From contig NC_087447.1 in assembly GCF_036321535.1 (NCBI RefSeq), forward strand, positions 38,008,001-38,072,000: DNA of 64,000 bases, read 5' to 3'. Positions 50,491-63,876 of this stretch are shown piece by piece (position 1 is the first letter of the stretch; each line of letters starts with the position of its first letter). Under the pieces are notes generated by a model, which was not told where the DNA came from, made no database searches, and saw only the letters and a program-made list of their open reading frames with translations. This DNA is from Camelus dromedarius (lineage: Eukaryota). The position numbers and the translations under genes were made by a program.

Positions 50491-51584
50491 GGGACAGGGA
50501 CAATATACACACAATAAGTAAAGTATATAATATGTTAGAGTATGGAGTATGAAGTAAACTAAATTAGGGTAAGGGAGATAGAGAATGCTAGAGGGTGAAA
50601 TTTAAACGGGTTAGAGCAGGCCTCACTGTAAAGAAGGCATCTTAGCAAATAATTAAAGGAAGTGAAGGAGCAAAGTATGGGAATATGTAGGAAAAGAATA
50701 TTCCAGGCCAAGGGAACAAGTACAAAGGCCGTGAAGCAGGAGTATGCCATGTTGAGAATCACCCGTAAAGAGACAAGAGGCTGTTGAGATAACATAGGCG
50801 AGAAATAAAGGATCAGAGTATCATGACGAAAGTGGTAAAAAATTGTCATATTCTGTCTGCATTGTGAAAGTTGAAACATTATGACTACTGAACAGTGATG
50901 TGGGGCTTGGGTGAAAAATGGAGTCAACGCGGGCAGCTCCTGGGTAGTTTGGGGCCTGGAAGGTTGGATGGAATGGTCGTTAACTAAGGTAGTGAAAAAT
51001 CCTGGGTAGAGCTAGTTTGAGGGGAGGGAAGAGACTTGAAGATCATAGACTGACTTGTAGAAGGCAAAAAACTGTTTCATGTGGTCCTTTTTCTGTCTCT
51101 GCCAGCATCATAACTAGCCCATAATAATACTAAAAATTATTGAATAAATAAAAAATATATGAACCTAATCTTGAACCCTTCCATAGATCAAAGCAGTGTA
51201 AGGATGAATTTTTACAATTTGATTCACAAACCTTTACCAAAAGTCCTTGAAAATAGTATATACTAAAATAGATGCTAGTTCAAGTAATAGTTTCCACAGT
51301 TTCACCCTCAAGTAGAGAACCATCTTATTTGAGTAAAGGTGGATTGTGTAACGACTTTCTTAAGCTATGGCTCCTTCTCAGTTTTTATAATCCCTAGTGT
51401 CCAGGCTAGTGTCCATAGCCTGACAGTTTTGCCCTGAAATTAACTCACCTGTTTGTTCTGCTTTTATATTAACACAATTTTTAATCCCATCTTTCTGAAA
51501 TCAATCACAAAGTTGAGGATGTTTTTCTTTTCTTGCATTATGACCACTGCCTATTTACTAATGCCATTTTTTTAATTAACTCTT

Positions 51585-52410
51585 CTGTGATATTGTGATT
51601 TATAATAAATATGTATTTAGTCTTTGTACCTTTCCTGGCCCAAGCTCCTAAAACCCTTGGAATAACCTAAGTGTTGAGAGCAATAAAGGCATTTTTGTTA
51701 TTCATAACAAGCCCTTTTCACCCACCTCAGAGTTTATGTTAATATTAATGGAAAATTCTTAAGTATGAGAGCTTGTTGCCTGGAGAACCACCAGGATTAG
51801 AGGGCTGGAACTTTTAGCCCTACTCCCCTTACTTCTGGGGAAGGGAGAGAGGCTGGAGGTTGAGTCAGTCACCAGTGGCCAATGATTTAACCAATCAGGC
51901 CTAGGTAAACCTACATAAAAATCCCTGAATTACAGGGCTCAGGGAGCTTCCATGTCAGTGAATTGGTGAACATGTTGGGGTGAGCAGAGGCTCACATGCC
52001 TGGAGAGATCACGGAAACTCCACACCGCTTTCCTCGTACCTTGCCCTATGCACCTCTTCCATATATATGGCTGCTCCTGAGATGTATCCTTTTATAAGAA
52101 ACTGGTAATCTAATAAGTAAAATATTTTCCTGAGTTCTGTGAGCCACTCTAACAAATTAATCAAACTCAAGGAGGAGGTCATGGGAACCTCTGATTTATA
52201 GCCTTTTGGCCAGAAGCACTGGTAACAACCTGGACTTTGTGATTGGAGTCTGAAATAGGAGAGTGTTCTTGTGACACTGAGCCCTTAACTTGTGGAATCT
52301 GACACTTTCTCCAGGTAGATAGTGTCAGAGTTGAGTTAAATTGTAGGACACCCAGCTGGTGACCCAGAATGCTTGATGTGTGTAAAATCCTCGCATCTGG
52401 TGTCATAAGT
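51585..52410. mobile_element. MER21-like LTR
   Basis: tgtgatattgtgatttataataaatatgtatttagtc...gacactttctccaggtagatagtgtcagagttgagttaaattgtaggacacccagctggtg. Confidence 0.7.
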
Positions 52411-53171
52411 GTTGTAATAGAGTCCTGAGAAACACACAGGAGGAGTTTTTCCTTTATATCTGCTTAAAATTGCACTTTAAGACGATCCCATTACTGCTTT
52501 GGGAACCAAAAGAGCCCCACCTTTGCTCAGCTGGTAACCACTTCCTTTGTGCTGAAACTCTTACACTGCCAATTTTGACCAATAACACTGCTTGTAGCAG
52601 GCAGCCCGTGCTCCTTCCCCAAAGTTCTGGATGTACCTACTGCTTGGTTGGCAGGGCCATCCTTGTGCCAAAGACTTGCTCAGCTGGTTGAGTTTGTTAC
52701 TCCCTGGAGGTCTTTATCACTTTGCTGCTGTGACTACTTCTGCTGAACTTCAGTTCTCTGCTAAGCCTCCTGGTTCCTCCTACCCAACCCCCCCAAAGTA
52801 GTGTGAACCACATGTTTGCACCGAGATGAGGCTTGACTCAGTATTTTGGTTCTTAAAAGCTCCCAGCCAACCCTAGAGAGCATGGGGATAAGCAATCTTC
52901 TCATCCCACTGATAAGATAGCATTGTTCTTTCAATGGACTAGGCCCCTGTAATAGGGCTAGCTAGATAAGAGGTGTGACATTGTAAGCGAACCTGTGGTG
53001 GAACACATGAGATGCTCCAGCAAGGAATAGGATGGCTATTCTTTTAGCACACCACCTGTGCCTGTGTGGTGAATGCCTTTCTTCCAAGGTCAGATTCCGT
53101 AGGGCCCTCTTTGTTAACTTCATGGAATTCAGGGGCTCGAATACAAATGAGCCTATGAGTTTCAGTATGTT

Positions 53172-53688
53172 TTGTTGAGGAGGGGGAAATTTTGCCCTCT
53201 GTTCCTCTTGAGTTCTTGTGGCTGTACTAATAATAAAATTGATACAAGACAGATTAACAGGAGAGAAAGAAACACATTTGAATTCATGTGCATGGAGGTC
53301 TCATAGAAATGGGACCTAGGAAGTGGCCAAAGAAGGCAGAATTTGGACTTTTTAGCCAAAGACCCAGTAATTTTGCAAGGAATTGACAGGACAAAGAAAC
53401 TTCCATTTTGGGTGCCTAGTTAGTGAAGAATCTAAACAGAATTTGTGCTTGGGGCAGTAAATTAAAGAAGTAACAAGATTTGTTTATATAGGCTTCTTGG
53501 CCAGAATTCCCTATCTTTGGCAAAAGGGTGACCTACCTCCAGATGCAGGGAGTATACCTTTCACATGAGATTCATTTCCTGCCTTCAGAGAGACAGAAAA
53601 GAGAGTAACATTTCTTCAGTAACTTTGATTCAGAATAACTAATATACCATGAGGCACATTTCTGGGTGGCCTGCTCTGGGCCCCAAAA
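53172..53688 (-). mobile_element. ERV solo LTR
   Basis: tgttgaggagggggaaattttgccctctg...aataaaattgatacaagacagattaacaggagag...ctctgggcccca. Confidence 0.6.
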
Positions 53689-53715
53689 TTTTTACCCTCT
53701 TGTGTATATATATAC

Positions 53716-54050
53716 TTTTTTAAATTGAAGTATAGTCAGTTTGCGGTGTTGTGTCAATTTCTGTGTACAGCATAATGCTTCAGTCATACACGAACATATA
53801 TTTGTTTTCATATTCTTTTTCACCATAAGTTACTACATGATATTGAATATAGTTCCCTATGCCATAAAGTATGAGCTTGCTGTTTGTCAGATTTTGTGAG
53901 AATCGTCCTGTATTTTGAAGGAAGAGACACTGCCAGAGTTCAGTAGGTGTTCTATGCGAATCAGTGGGTTTGTAGGTGTAATTCTTGGTATATTTGTGGG
54001 TGAGGGCGAGCTGTGAGTCTCTCTACTCTGCCATCTTGGCACCTCCCTCT
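53716..54050 (-). mobile_element. Mini-L1: L1 5' end fused directly to L1 3' UTR end
   Basis: Minus strand starts GGGAGGTGCCAAGATGGCAGAGTAG (YY1-type L1 5' end), joins at 53888/53887 to ACAAACAGCAAG...GGGAACTATATTCAATATC...ACTGACTATACTTCAAT plus A-tail. Confidence 0.8.
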
Positions 54051-54238
54051 GGGCCCTAACATTTTTATACTTCAAAAATTGTCTCTCAGGCCTTTGACAA
54101 TACCCTCCTCTACCTAAACCTGGAATAATAAATGATATATAGATGGAGCCACTTCCTCATTCATCTTGGAAATAAAGATTCTGAGATATCACTGAATGTT
54201 TGAGTTGGAATGAATTTTAAAAGAGCATATAAATCACT

Positions 54239-54331
54239 GGGGGTGGGTATAGCTCAGTGGTAGAGCACATATTTAGCATGCATAAGGTCGGGGTTTGAAT
54301 CCCTAGTACCTCCACTGAAAATAAACAAACA
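54239..54331 (+). mobile_element. Vic-1-like SINE
   Basis: gggggtgggtatagctcagtggtagagcac...; TSD agcatataaatc at 54224 and 54332. Confidence 0.9.
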
Positions 54332-54705
54332 AGCATATAAATCCAGTATTTCTTGATTTTCCTATGGCAGCCCTGAAATCCAAAAATGTTAAGAGTTCTG
54401 CCCAGTATCCTATCTCAGTTTAAAGGTAAGGCTTAAACTAGAACCCAGGCCTCCTGAGTCATACTCTTTCCGTTGCATCGTTTATAAGGTTATGTCTTGA
54501 GTTATTGAGTACACAATGAAATCATAGTGTTTGATATACCTTGTAGAGAGAAAGCACTCTAAACATTGTCAGTTGGTTAATAAATGCCAACATTTTCAGG
54601 GAAGTAACAAATAACTAGGAGAGCTGGGCTTAGTACATGTGGGTTTCTGTGGTTATATTTCTCCATACATTTTGCCATTTAAATGTTTTTCTTTTCTTCT
54701 CAAAG

Positions 54706-54847
54706 ATCTTCAGTCTACACCTTGGAGGTATATCAATTGTGGTTCTAAATGGCTATGATGTAGTAAAGGAATGCCTTGTTCATCAAAGTGAAATTTTTGC
54801 AGACAGACCATGCCTTCCTATATTCATGAAGATGACAAAAATGGGAG
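54706..54847 (+). CDS. CYP2R1: CYP2R1 coding exon 2
   Basis: Acceptor ttcttctcaaag|ATC, donor GGAG|gtatgt; 142 nt; [47 protein letters not shown]. Confidence 0.97.
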
Positions 54848-56896
54848 GTATGTTTATTTTAACCTATTTAGTGATTTACTGAACTATTTTAAATTATATT
54901 TCTTATTTTATGCAAATTTAGTACACAGAGATTGGATTCTATTGTACTGATTAACAAGAAATTATTAATTAGTTAATTTAGTTACAGAATCTAGTATTTG
55001 AGGACATTTCTGGCTGCATTACATTCATATCTGAGACCAGTACATGCTAATCCTACTGTTGTAATCCAGTTCTAATAAAATATTGTAAATAATGTTTTAA
55101 AGAATTAGCACTTAATATGTACAGGTTTTGTGAAACAAGTCAAGAATACACACATGTGCCCACACACTTGAATCAAAAGTACCTTTGGAGCTAGTCTTGA
55201 GTGCTTGGTAACATTTTACTATCATTTTGCTCATAAGCTTATAGAGAACCTGAAGCAGCCTTTCTTAACTACTAATCAATGTGATATGTAAATGAAAAAT
55301 TGTGGGGTTTGTGTAACGGACTAGTATTCTATGTGGTTTAGTGCTGATTAGTGTCAGATGATTTCATGCTCACCAAGGGAGAAAGGCTGAACACTCACAG
55401 AATTGATGAGAAGAAAGCAGCAACAGAAAGCCTAAAATAGAATGTTGACGTCAGATACGTCCGTTTTCATGCTTAATAGAAGAGTTTTTATAATGATGCT
55501 GTTTCAAATTTCCCAATTTAATGAGAGTTTCACACTTTATTTCAAAGAAAAATTTAACAATGTCTTGGTTACATAGACTAAAAATAATGACACTGACTGA
55601 AAAAGAAAAAAAAAATAAAAATTAACCACGTATTACATTGCAAAGCAAATCAACTGATGCAAAGAAAAACCAGTTTCAAAGGCCAAATTCTCAGGCCAGA
55701 ATATGATGACACTTGAATGCAATAATATAAAATAAAAGCAAATATCCAGCTTCTTAAACACTCCTCTAAATAATAATTGGCCCAAAGAAGAAATTATACC
55801 ACAATTATAATAGAAGACCTTTGAAGAAATTATGAAAATGAATCATGTGATCGGAGTAATAGTTAGGGTAAAGTGTATATTATACATTTTTTGAAGCTAT
55901 ACACTTATAGGTTAGACTATTTTTATCATAAAGAAAGGTAAAATAAGTATTCAACTTAAGATTTTCAAAAAAACAGTAAGAGAAAAATTGGTAGAAAATT
56001 AAATGTGGTAGAAAATTAAATGTGTTATTTTAAGATGCATATGCACTGAACTTGGAACTGGGAAATCAGAGCCACCATCAACCCACTGTTTGAATAGGAA
56101 AAAGTTGACCTTTAGGTGGGTTCAACCCATGCCCGGGCACATAGTTTGGCCAGTGTAGGGTTATAATAAGGCTCCTCTGTACCTCCTTGTATGTAACTGT
56201 AAGCACATGTTATGCACATGTTCCATATGCATATATTTCTCTAGGACTTGATTTCATCTCAGTGCCTTTGCACTGGTTCTCTACCTGCAGTGATCTTTCT
56301 CTGGATATCTTCTGGACTCACTCCTATTTCATGTCTTTACTTGTGTCACCTCAGTGAGACTTTTCCTGACCACCCTATATCTCCTTCCTTGCTATATAAT
56401 TTATTTGTTTACCTCTCCTCACTAGTATGTAAAGTCAATGAGAAACTAACTTTGCCTCTTTTGTTCACATCATGATATATCTGTGACACTTTAGCTCCAT
56501 ACATACGTGTTGAAGGAATAATCACCTGAGAGTATGGAAAAGAGAATGGACTATGGAATATAGGATTGCTGCATTGCATTAAAGACCCCCTTATATATGG
56601 TTAACTTTATCATAAGCTCCAAATTCAAAAACTTGCACAAAAGTTGTTAGAATGTAAATTACATAGGTACTTCATGTAAGAGAACATGACATTTTTCATC
56701 ATAGCTACACCTATGTACCAATTATGAATGAAACTCTGAGTAAACTACACATTATATAAATATATGCTGAAGATTTTTTTTTGATAGTAGATTTAAAGGG
56801 AAAATATTGCATAGTAGACATATCAGAACAGCAGTGGATACTGAAATTTTAAGCAAGCAGTATCAACATTAGAAATTTGAGTTTCATGTTTGTCCT

Positions 56897-57236
56897 CTGT
56901 CTTAGTTGGGGCTGCTATAACAAAAATATCATAGACTGAGTGGCTTAAACAGCAAACATTTATTCTCACAAATGTGGAGGCTGGGAAGTTTAAGATCAAG
57001 TTTGCAGCAGATCCAGTGACTGGAAAGAGCCTGCTTCTTGGTTTGCAGACAGCTGTCTTCTCCCTGTATCTTCACATAACCAAGAGCAATCATCACTTTT
57101 CACAGGGCACTAATCCCATTCATGAGGGCTCATGACCTAATTACCTCCCAAAGGCCCCACCTCCTAATATCATCACATTGGGGATTAGGCTTCAACATTT
57201 GAATTTTGTGGGAACACAAGCATTCAGTCCCTATCA
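56897..57236 (-). mobile_element. MLT1A-like LTR in intron 2
   Basis: tgtcttagttggggctgctataacaaaaatatcatagactgagtggcttaaac...cctaattacctcccaaaggccccacc. Confidence 0.8.
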
Positions 57237-57837
57237 CCTACTTTTGGCTTGCATATTTCCAATGTATTGGCACCTCATACAGGCCATCCATAACTTGCCT
57301 CTGCCAGTTATATTATTATGTAGCATATGCCTTTAACACGAAGAAATTTGTTTTCTAAAATCTAGTTCCTTAAAGCAGAAAATGCCTAATCCCAGAAGGA
57401 TGATTTTCAGGTGTGTGTTTAGTCCAGGATAAAATTTTGCCCATAGAACACACCGTCGTTTGTCTTTTGTAAATTAGGCTTATAGTGAAAATTAAACAGT
57501 AAAGTCACCTTGGCCTAGTTCACCCAGGCTGAGTTACACAAAACAGTCCAGTTTCTTGTGGTGGGAGGATTATAGGATTATGGGTCTCTTCTGCCTGTCC
57601 CCAGATAAGAAATATAGGCAAGCTTTATCTGTTTATAATATTCCGTGACTAACGAGTAGTAGAGAACAGGAAGCAGGGAAACCACTGAGTTTAGTTTTAG
57701 TTTTATAGAAAGATAATTTGGAGAAGAATGACTAATCACCTTTTTTTTTTTTTTTCCTCTTTCATAGCATGTTTTAGCTGCTAGATACAGGGATGTAGAA
57801 GTAATAAAATTGTTCAATATTCTCTTTTCCCCCCAAG

Positions 57838-58470
57838 GCTTACTCAATTCCAGATATGGCCGAGGATGGGTTGATCACAGAAGATTAGCTGTAAACAGCT
57901 TTCGCTGTTTTGGATATGGCCAAAAGTCTTTTGAATCTAAAATCTTAGAAGAAACCAAGTTTTTCACTGATGCTATTGAAACGTACAGTGGTAGACCTTT
58001 TGACTTTAAACAATTAATAACAAATGCTGTTTCAAACATAACCAATCTGATCATTTTTGGAGAACGATTCACTTATGAAGACACTGATTTTCAGCACATG
58101 ATTGAGTTATTTAGTGAAAATGTGGAACTAGCTGCCAGCGCCTCAGTCTTCCTCTATAATGCCTTTCCATGGATTGGCATCCTACCTTTTGGAAAACATC
58201 AACAGCTGTTTAGAAATGCAGATGTGATTTATGATTTTCTCTCCAGGCTTATTGAAAAAGCTTCCATCAACAGAAAGCCTCGGTTACCTCAGCACTTTGT
58301 TGATGCTTATTTAGATGAGATGGATCAAGGTAAAAATGATCCATCATCTACTTTCTCCAAAGAAAACCTCATTTTTTCTGTGGGTGAACTCATCATTGCT
58401 GGAACTGAAACTACAACCAATGTGCTACGGTGGGCAGTTCTTTTCATGGCCCTTTATCCTAACATTCAAG
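57838..58470 (+). CDS. CYP2R1: CYP2R1 coding exon 3 (includes I-helix AGTETT)
   Basis: Acceptor ttttccccccaag|GC, donor CAAG|gtgagg; 633 nt; [15 protein letters not shown]...[17 protein letters not shown]...YPNIQ. Confidence 0.98.
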
Positions 58471-59073
58471 GTGAGGATTCTCTTGATCTCAAGGTCTGTT
58501 GTTACATTTAGAGCTCATATATGTTTTAGAGTCTTTGGCCGTGCACAAAGCATTTTATTTAGGAACTCCTGCTATGCTAGCCGAAAAGAAAAACATTCAA
58601 TGGTTATAACGTTTTCAAAACTATTATCTCAATTCATGTAAAAACTTCAGATAGGTCTTATAATACCTATTTTATAAATGAGGGAAAAGACTGAGGGGCT
58701 GATTTACTGAAGTTCAGCCACTTAGAAGTGACTGAGCTGGGATCTGAACTCTGTTTTTTTAATTCAAGTTTTTATGCTTCACTGTTTTCCTGCTGAGAGT
58801 GATGTTATTATAATTCTACGTTTGTTTAATTTTTATTTTTATTACTTTCAATGTGTTTTTCACAACAAAATTACTCAGAGCATTGGCTACTAGTTGTATA
58901 AGATATAAGGCATGTATTTAAATAGAACTCTCAGATAATGAAAAATCTGAATCTGGGTGTAGCCATACTTTGTTGGCTTACTGTAAGTTATCCTTTGCTT
59001 TATCTCAAGGGGAAATTATTTTAGATATAATCTTAAGAATTGCATAATAACTTGAACACTTTTTCTCTTACAG

Positions 59074-59403
59074 GACGAGTTCAGAAAGAGATTGATTTAA
59101 TTATAGGACCCAGTGGAAAGCCTTCCTGGGATGACAAATGCAAAATGCCTTATACGGAGGCAGTTTTGCATGAAGTTTTAAGATTCTGTAATATAGTGCC
59201 ATTAGGGATTTTCCACGCAACTTCTGAAGATGCAGTTGTACGTGGTTATTCTATTCCTAAAGGCACAACAGTAATTACAAATCTTTATTCTGTACACTTT
59301 GATGAAAAGTACTGGAGAGACCCAGATATATTCTATCCGGAACGATTCCTGGACAGCAATGGGCATTTTGTCAGGAAGGAAGCTTTGGTTCCCTTTTCCC
59401 TAG
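59074..59403 (+). CDS. CYP2R1: CYP2R1 coding exon 4 (EXXR and PERF motifs)
   Basis: Acceptor ttctcttacag|GA, donor CTAG|gtaaga; 330 nt; RVQKEID...HEVLRF...YPERF...VPFSL. Confidence 0.98.
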
Positions 59404-60236
59404 GTAAGAGAACTTTCACAGAGGCATAACTTTAGGACACAGTATAATGATGACTCATCACATGTAACATCTTAATCTGAAGCATTCTGTTGTAGAATTA
59501 ATATTCTAACTCTGAAAATTTAGCATTGGCTTTTAGAGGAGAGAATGGTTTAGGTAGGTGTCATTAACACCTGTTTCTACTCAAAATAAACAAGCCATAA
59601 TTTAGCAGCTAGAAAGAAACTATTGAGAAGCTCTGGCTTCTGAAACTTTCTTGCTTGTGGATTTTTGGCTTGTAATCAAAACTCACAGAGTTAGAAGTCA
59701 GCTAGAGAAACTAAGACTCAGGGAGAGAAATGGCATAATTTGAAGTGAAATTAGAATCGGCTTTCTTGGCTCTCCATTATTATACTTCATCTCCAGAACC
59801 ATTGCTTCTGCTGTGAAAAAATACACAGATCACAAGACCCATGGAAGATGAACTGAAAATTCTTCTTTTCACTGGGAAAAGGGACACATGCAGTCATTTG
59901 AAATGAAATGAGCTTATCCTGGGTCTATAGACCAAAATGTCACACCTCAGATCTTTCATAGCATGTCTCAGGCTCTGTTGCCACATGCAAAGGAAGCAGA
60001 GAATGGGACTAATAAGCTTACAAAAGTCCATGACCTGACAAAAGAAGGTAAAGAAATAGGCTCTGGGAGCTGAAGTGCCAATTTCTATTTTGGGGGGCTA
60101 AAGATAATCCTTTGATAAACATAACTCCTTTTAACTTTCTTTAAATTCCAGATTTCCTGAATGATACATATTAGACATAAATTTTGGTAAATATCGTGGA
60201 TTTTTAAAAAGTATTATGCCTGTTCTTTATGTTTAG

Positions 60237-60412
60237 GGAGAAGACATTGTCTTGGAGAACAGCTGGCTCGGATAGAAATGTTCCTGTTTTTTACAGCATT
60301 TCTTCAGCGGTTTCGCTTGCATTTTCCACATGAACTGGTTCCAAATCTGAAGCCTAGGTTAGGTATGACTTTGCAACCCCAGCCCTACCTTATCTGTGCA
60401 GAAAAACGCTGA
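60237..60412 (+). CDS. CYP2R1: CYP2R1 coding exon 5 (heme-ligand Cys448, stop)
   Basis: Acceptor tttatgtttag|GG; reads (G)[25 protein letters not shown]...[11 protein letters not shown] (60410-60412); not in the ORF track; five exons sum to 1506 nt = 501 aa plus stop. Confidence 0.97.
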
Positions 60413-61100
60413 AGGTGCGCAGGTGTTTTGTGTAGCAAAGCTATACGTTTGCCTCACCCCAAACCTTGTTTAATCAATGTGCGTGTTTGGACAAGCATCA
60501 CAGTATCATAAAGCCAAATGAACACAGATGTGTCTTTAAAAACAGTACCACCAAAACACAGACACAGACACACAGAAGTACTACAGGCAGCAGTAAGCAT
60601 TAGCTATTATTTCTTCCAACCTTTAATGACTTATAAGGCAGAATTTTCTGAGGAAAACAGGTGTATGTGACAGTTATTTCTTAAGATACTAAGGAGTGTC
60701 ATGGATGCCCTGACTTTTCAGCCTCTTAGTACCAGGAACCCCTCATCCCTTCTTGACTCCAACTTGCTCCTTTCTGAGGGCTTTGTTTCCAGATGCCAAC
60801 GCCAGCTCCCTTCTGATCAGGTATTATCACCGAATAGATTGTGTGGTACTAGTCCAGTTTAATAGTGGAGTAAAGAAGAAATTAGAACCCAAGGAGATGA
60901 ATTTGGACTACAGAGGTGTTTTAGACATGATGGCAGATAATAGAATAAATATCTATACATGTAAGACCTGCCAATGCTTTCAAATCTTGCTTCTTACTAT
61001 ATCGTCATAAGAACTGAGTCATTCTTCCTACAAATGAGGGTCTCTGTGACCCCCTCATACCAGCAATTCAGTAGACAGGAAATTACAATAATGTATGTAA

Positions 61101-61358
61101 AATAAAAATGACACGTGGCTAATAATTCTTTGTAGGCAGACTTTTTATTTAGTACCACTTTTTTCAAAACCAGTCACAGGGCTTAAAAGATTGAATCCTT
61201 TTACTTTTTCAAGATCTCTAGGCATTTCCTTGGATTACTGTTATTTTTCTAAAAAAAGAATACCATTCAAAAAGCATGCTTTAGAGGCAACGTAACTGCA
61301 TAAATTGGGGAACTTGAGAGTGATGAGCTTCTGTTAGTTATTATGCCAGGAAAATAAA
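61101..61358 (+). terminator. Candidate CYP2R1 polyadenylation signals
   Basis: AATAAA at 61101-61106 and 61353-61358, the latter followed by GT/T-rich sequence; which one is used cannot be told from sequence. Confidence 0.45.
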
Positions 61359-61949
61359 TGTAAACTGTGACTGTCCTGATCAAACTGGTGTGTACAGCAC
61401 CCATCTATACCTTATTTTTTTTTTTAACAAGTTGTATGTTAAGGATTCATGCTTTTGTAGCTTAGCTCATGAATAGTTGCAGCCTCAGAGTAAATGCACA
61501 TAACAATGACTTCTGTTAAGAATATGAATTTAATCTTAGTTTGACTTCATCTGTCAAATATTTTCAAATGTCTGTGATAAATCAGGAGTCTTTGCATCTC
61601 TGGTATTAAGATTTTTCCAGTTGCAAGGGGGGGGGGAAGTCCTGTGTAAATTTACATAAATAATAAAGGAAAAATTCAGAGGTAGCATGGTAGTTTCAGT
61701 AGGTATGACTTAGATGCTTCATGGTATGGTCAAAGATCCTGTTTCTTCGTATCCCTCTATTTTGCCTTCTGGATGATATCAGCTTTATCTTAAGGCTGAC
61801 TCATGTGCTTTGCTCACTTCCTTTAGTTAGAGTGAGCTTGGATTGTTTCTGGGAGAGCAAGGGAGCTTTTCAGATGTTCCCCCAGAACTGCTCTTCGTGT
61901 TGCATAGGTCCTAAATAAGTTATATGTCCATCCATTAAAACTATGTCTG

Positions 61950-62400
61950 TGAACATGGAAGCAACCCAAGTGCATATGAATAGCAAATTGGATTAAGAAC
62001 GATGGAATATTACTCAGCCAGAAAAAAGAATGAAATCCTGCCATTTGCAGCAACATGGATGGACCTAGAGAATACTATGCTTAGTGAAGTAAGTCAGACA
62101 GAGAAAGACATACTGTATGAGATTCCACATATAAGCATATGTGGAATGTATGTGCAAAACAGACTCAGATACAGAAAACAAACTTGTAGTTACTGAAGGG
62201 GGAAGAGGACATGGGACTAATATACAAACTACTATGTATAAAATAAGCACCAAGGACATACTATATAGCACAGGGAAGTATAGCCATTATCTTATAATAA
62301 CCTATTATGGAGTCTAATCTGCAAAAATATTGAATCACCTGAAATGAATATAATATTGTAAGTCAACTATATTTCATTAAAAAAAAAAAAAGAAAAGAAA
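61950..62400 (+). mobile_element. 5'-truncated L1 3' end
   Basis: ORF 62002 MEYYSARKKNEILPFAATWMDLE is L1 ORF2 end; A-tail; TSD-like aaaactatg..tgtga at 61937 and 62399. Confidence 0.9.
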
Positions 62401-63876
62401 AACTATGCCATGTGAGTAGGATGGTTCACTTAGGCCTGACTACTGGAGCCAGTGATGGAATTGGCTTTGCTCAAAGTACACGTACTACATTGGGGTTAGT
62501 GTAGTTACCTAAACAAAAATAAGGAGAGTTATGAAGAGAAGAATTACTGACTAGGAGACTGATTACAATATCTGCCTCACTGCCCTCTGACCACCTGCTA
62601 AGCCGAGCAACTTTCCAACCTATCTCCATGACTCTTGACAGTAATACTCATTCAGGTGGTTCCTTGAACTTTGCTCTTCCTATGACACAAGAAATGCCCT
62701 GTCCCTGGGCCTCCTACTTACTGTCGTATTGTGCATAAATGCCTAAATTGAAATCTATAGACTGGGTGTCCTGTGGGTTTTGGTGGTCTTACTGAGCAAA
62801 GTCATGTAGTGAACTGGAGTAGATTATAATCGAAATTGCAGAGGCCTTATTTTGCTCTTGAATGCTACCACTGTTTCTTCTAGGGTGATTAAGAATTCCA
62901 TCAATCTACACAGAATGGAGAACACACTATTTTCTTTACCTGTGTCTAAGGAAATGCTTTTCTTTTCCCTAATCAAGTTACTGCCAACCTGATAAAAATC
63001 ATTTAAAAATGTAGATTTATAACTTGTTGATGGTAGAAGGTGTTTAATCTCACTTAATGTGCTCATTTTATAGCCAAGGAAATAGGGATTCAGACAGGGA
63101 AATGATTCCTCTAGTTCATAGTACAGGATGCCCTTTTTTATCTCATATATATTTTTTTTATCCAAAATGTGTTTATTGGGATAGCTCCCCATTTATCATG
63201 ATTCAGGGTGCTTTTAAAAGTGCTGTTTCTGTCGAAAGGATCATCCTTCTATAAGCCTTGCTTTTTTATCTCCTATGACTGGCAGAGATAGTAAAGCAGC
63301 CAACACACAAAACTATGGCATGGCTGAATTCGGTGGTGTGTTTATAGCATCCTGGGCATTTCATATCCGTGAAGTAAGAATTGGGGCTCTATACCAGGCA
63401 CTTCTTCTTGTGTTTCCTCTTCTCTTCTGGAGAGGGATGAAGGAGCTTCTTTGCAAGAGGCATGTTCTTGTGGGGAGGTCATCACTACCAGAAAGGCCAT
63501 CTCTTATTCTTTTATACTGTGCTTTACAAGTTATAAGGTTGTTTTCTTATTGTCAGCTCTTGATTGTTTGGAGCCAGTTAACTATGGTAAAAATAAAATA
63601 CTGCATCTTTAGAAAAATATAAATATAAATTCAGTAATTAATCCATAATGGAAAATAATTATTTTTTGGAACTACGTAGTAACAGACTATAGATCTACTG
63701 CAATAGGGGTGCCTTCTCTCTAATCAAATTGTGAGCTACTAACTTAGAACGTTAGAAATCTCACTTCTGATTCAAGATGGCAACTGAGTACACTTATTTC
63801 TTCACAAATGCCCTTGAAATAACCATAAGGATAGAAAAACAGATAAAGGTATTGAGAATGGGGTTGGAGGGCCATA

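Noticed and set aside
15565..54331. tRNA-like A/B box sequences (tagctcagtggtagag...ggttcaatccc)
   Set aside because: Heads of tRNA-derived SINEs with A-rich tails and TSDs, not tRNA genes
42920..56025. Short tandem duplications (~30 nt at 42920-42980; 17 nt at 55987-56024)
   Set aside because: Two-copy slippage events; no array or spacer structure, so not CRISPR-like or functional on present evidence
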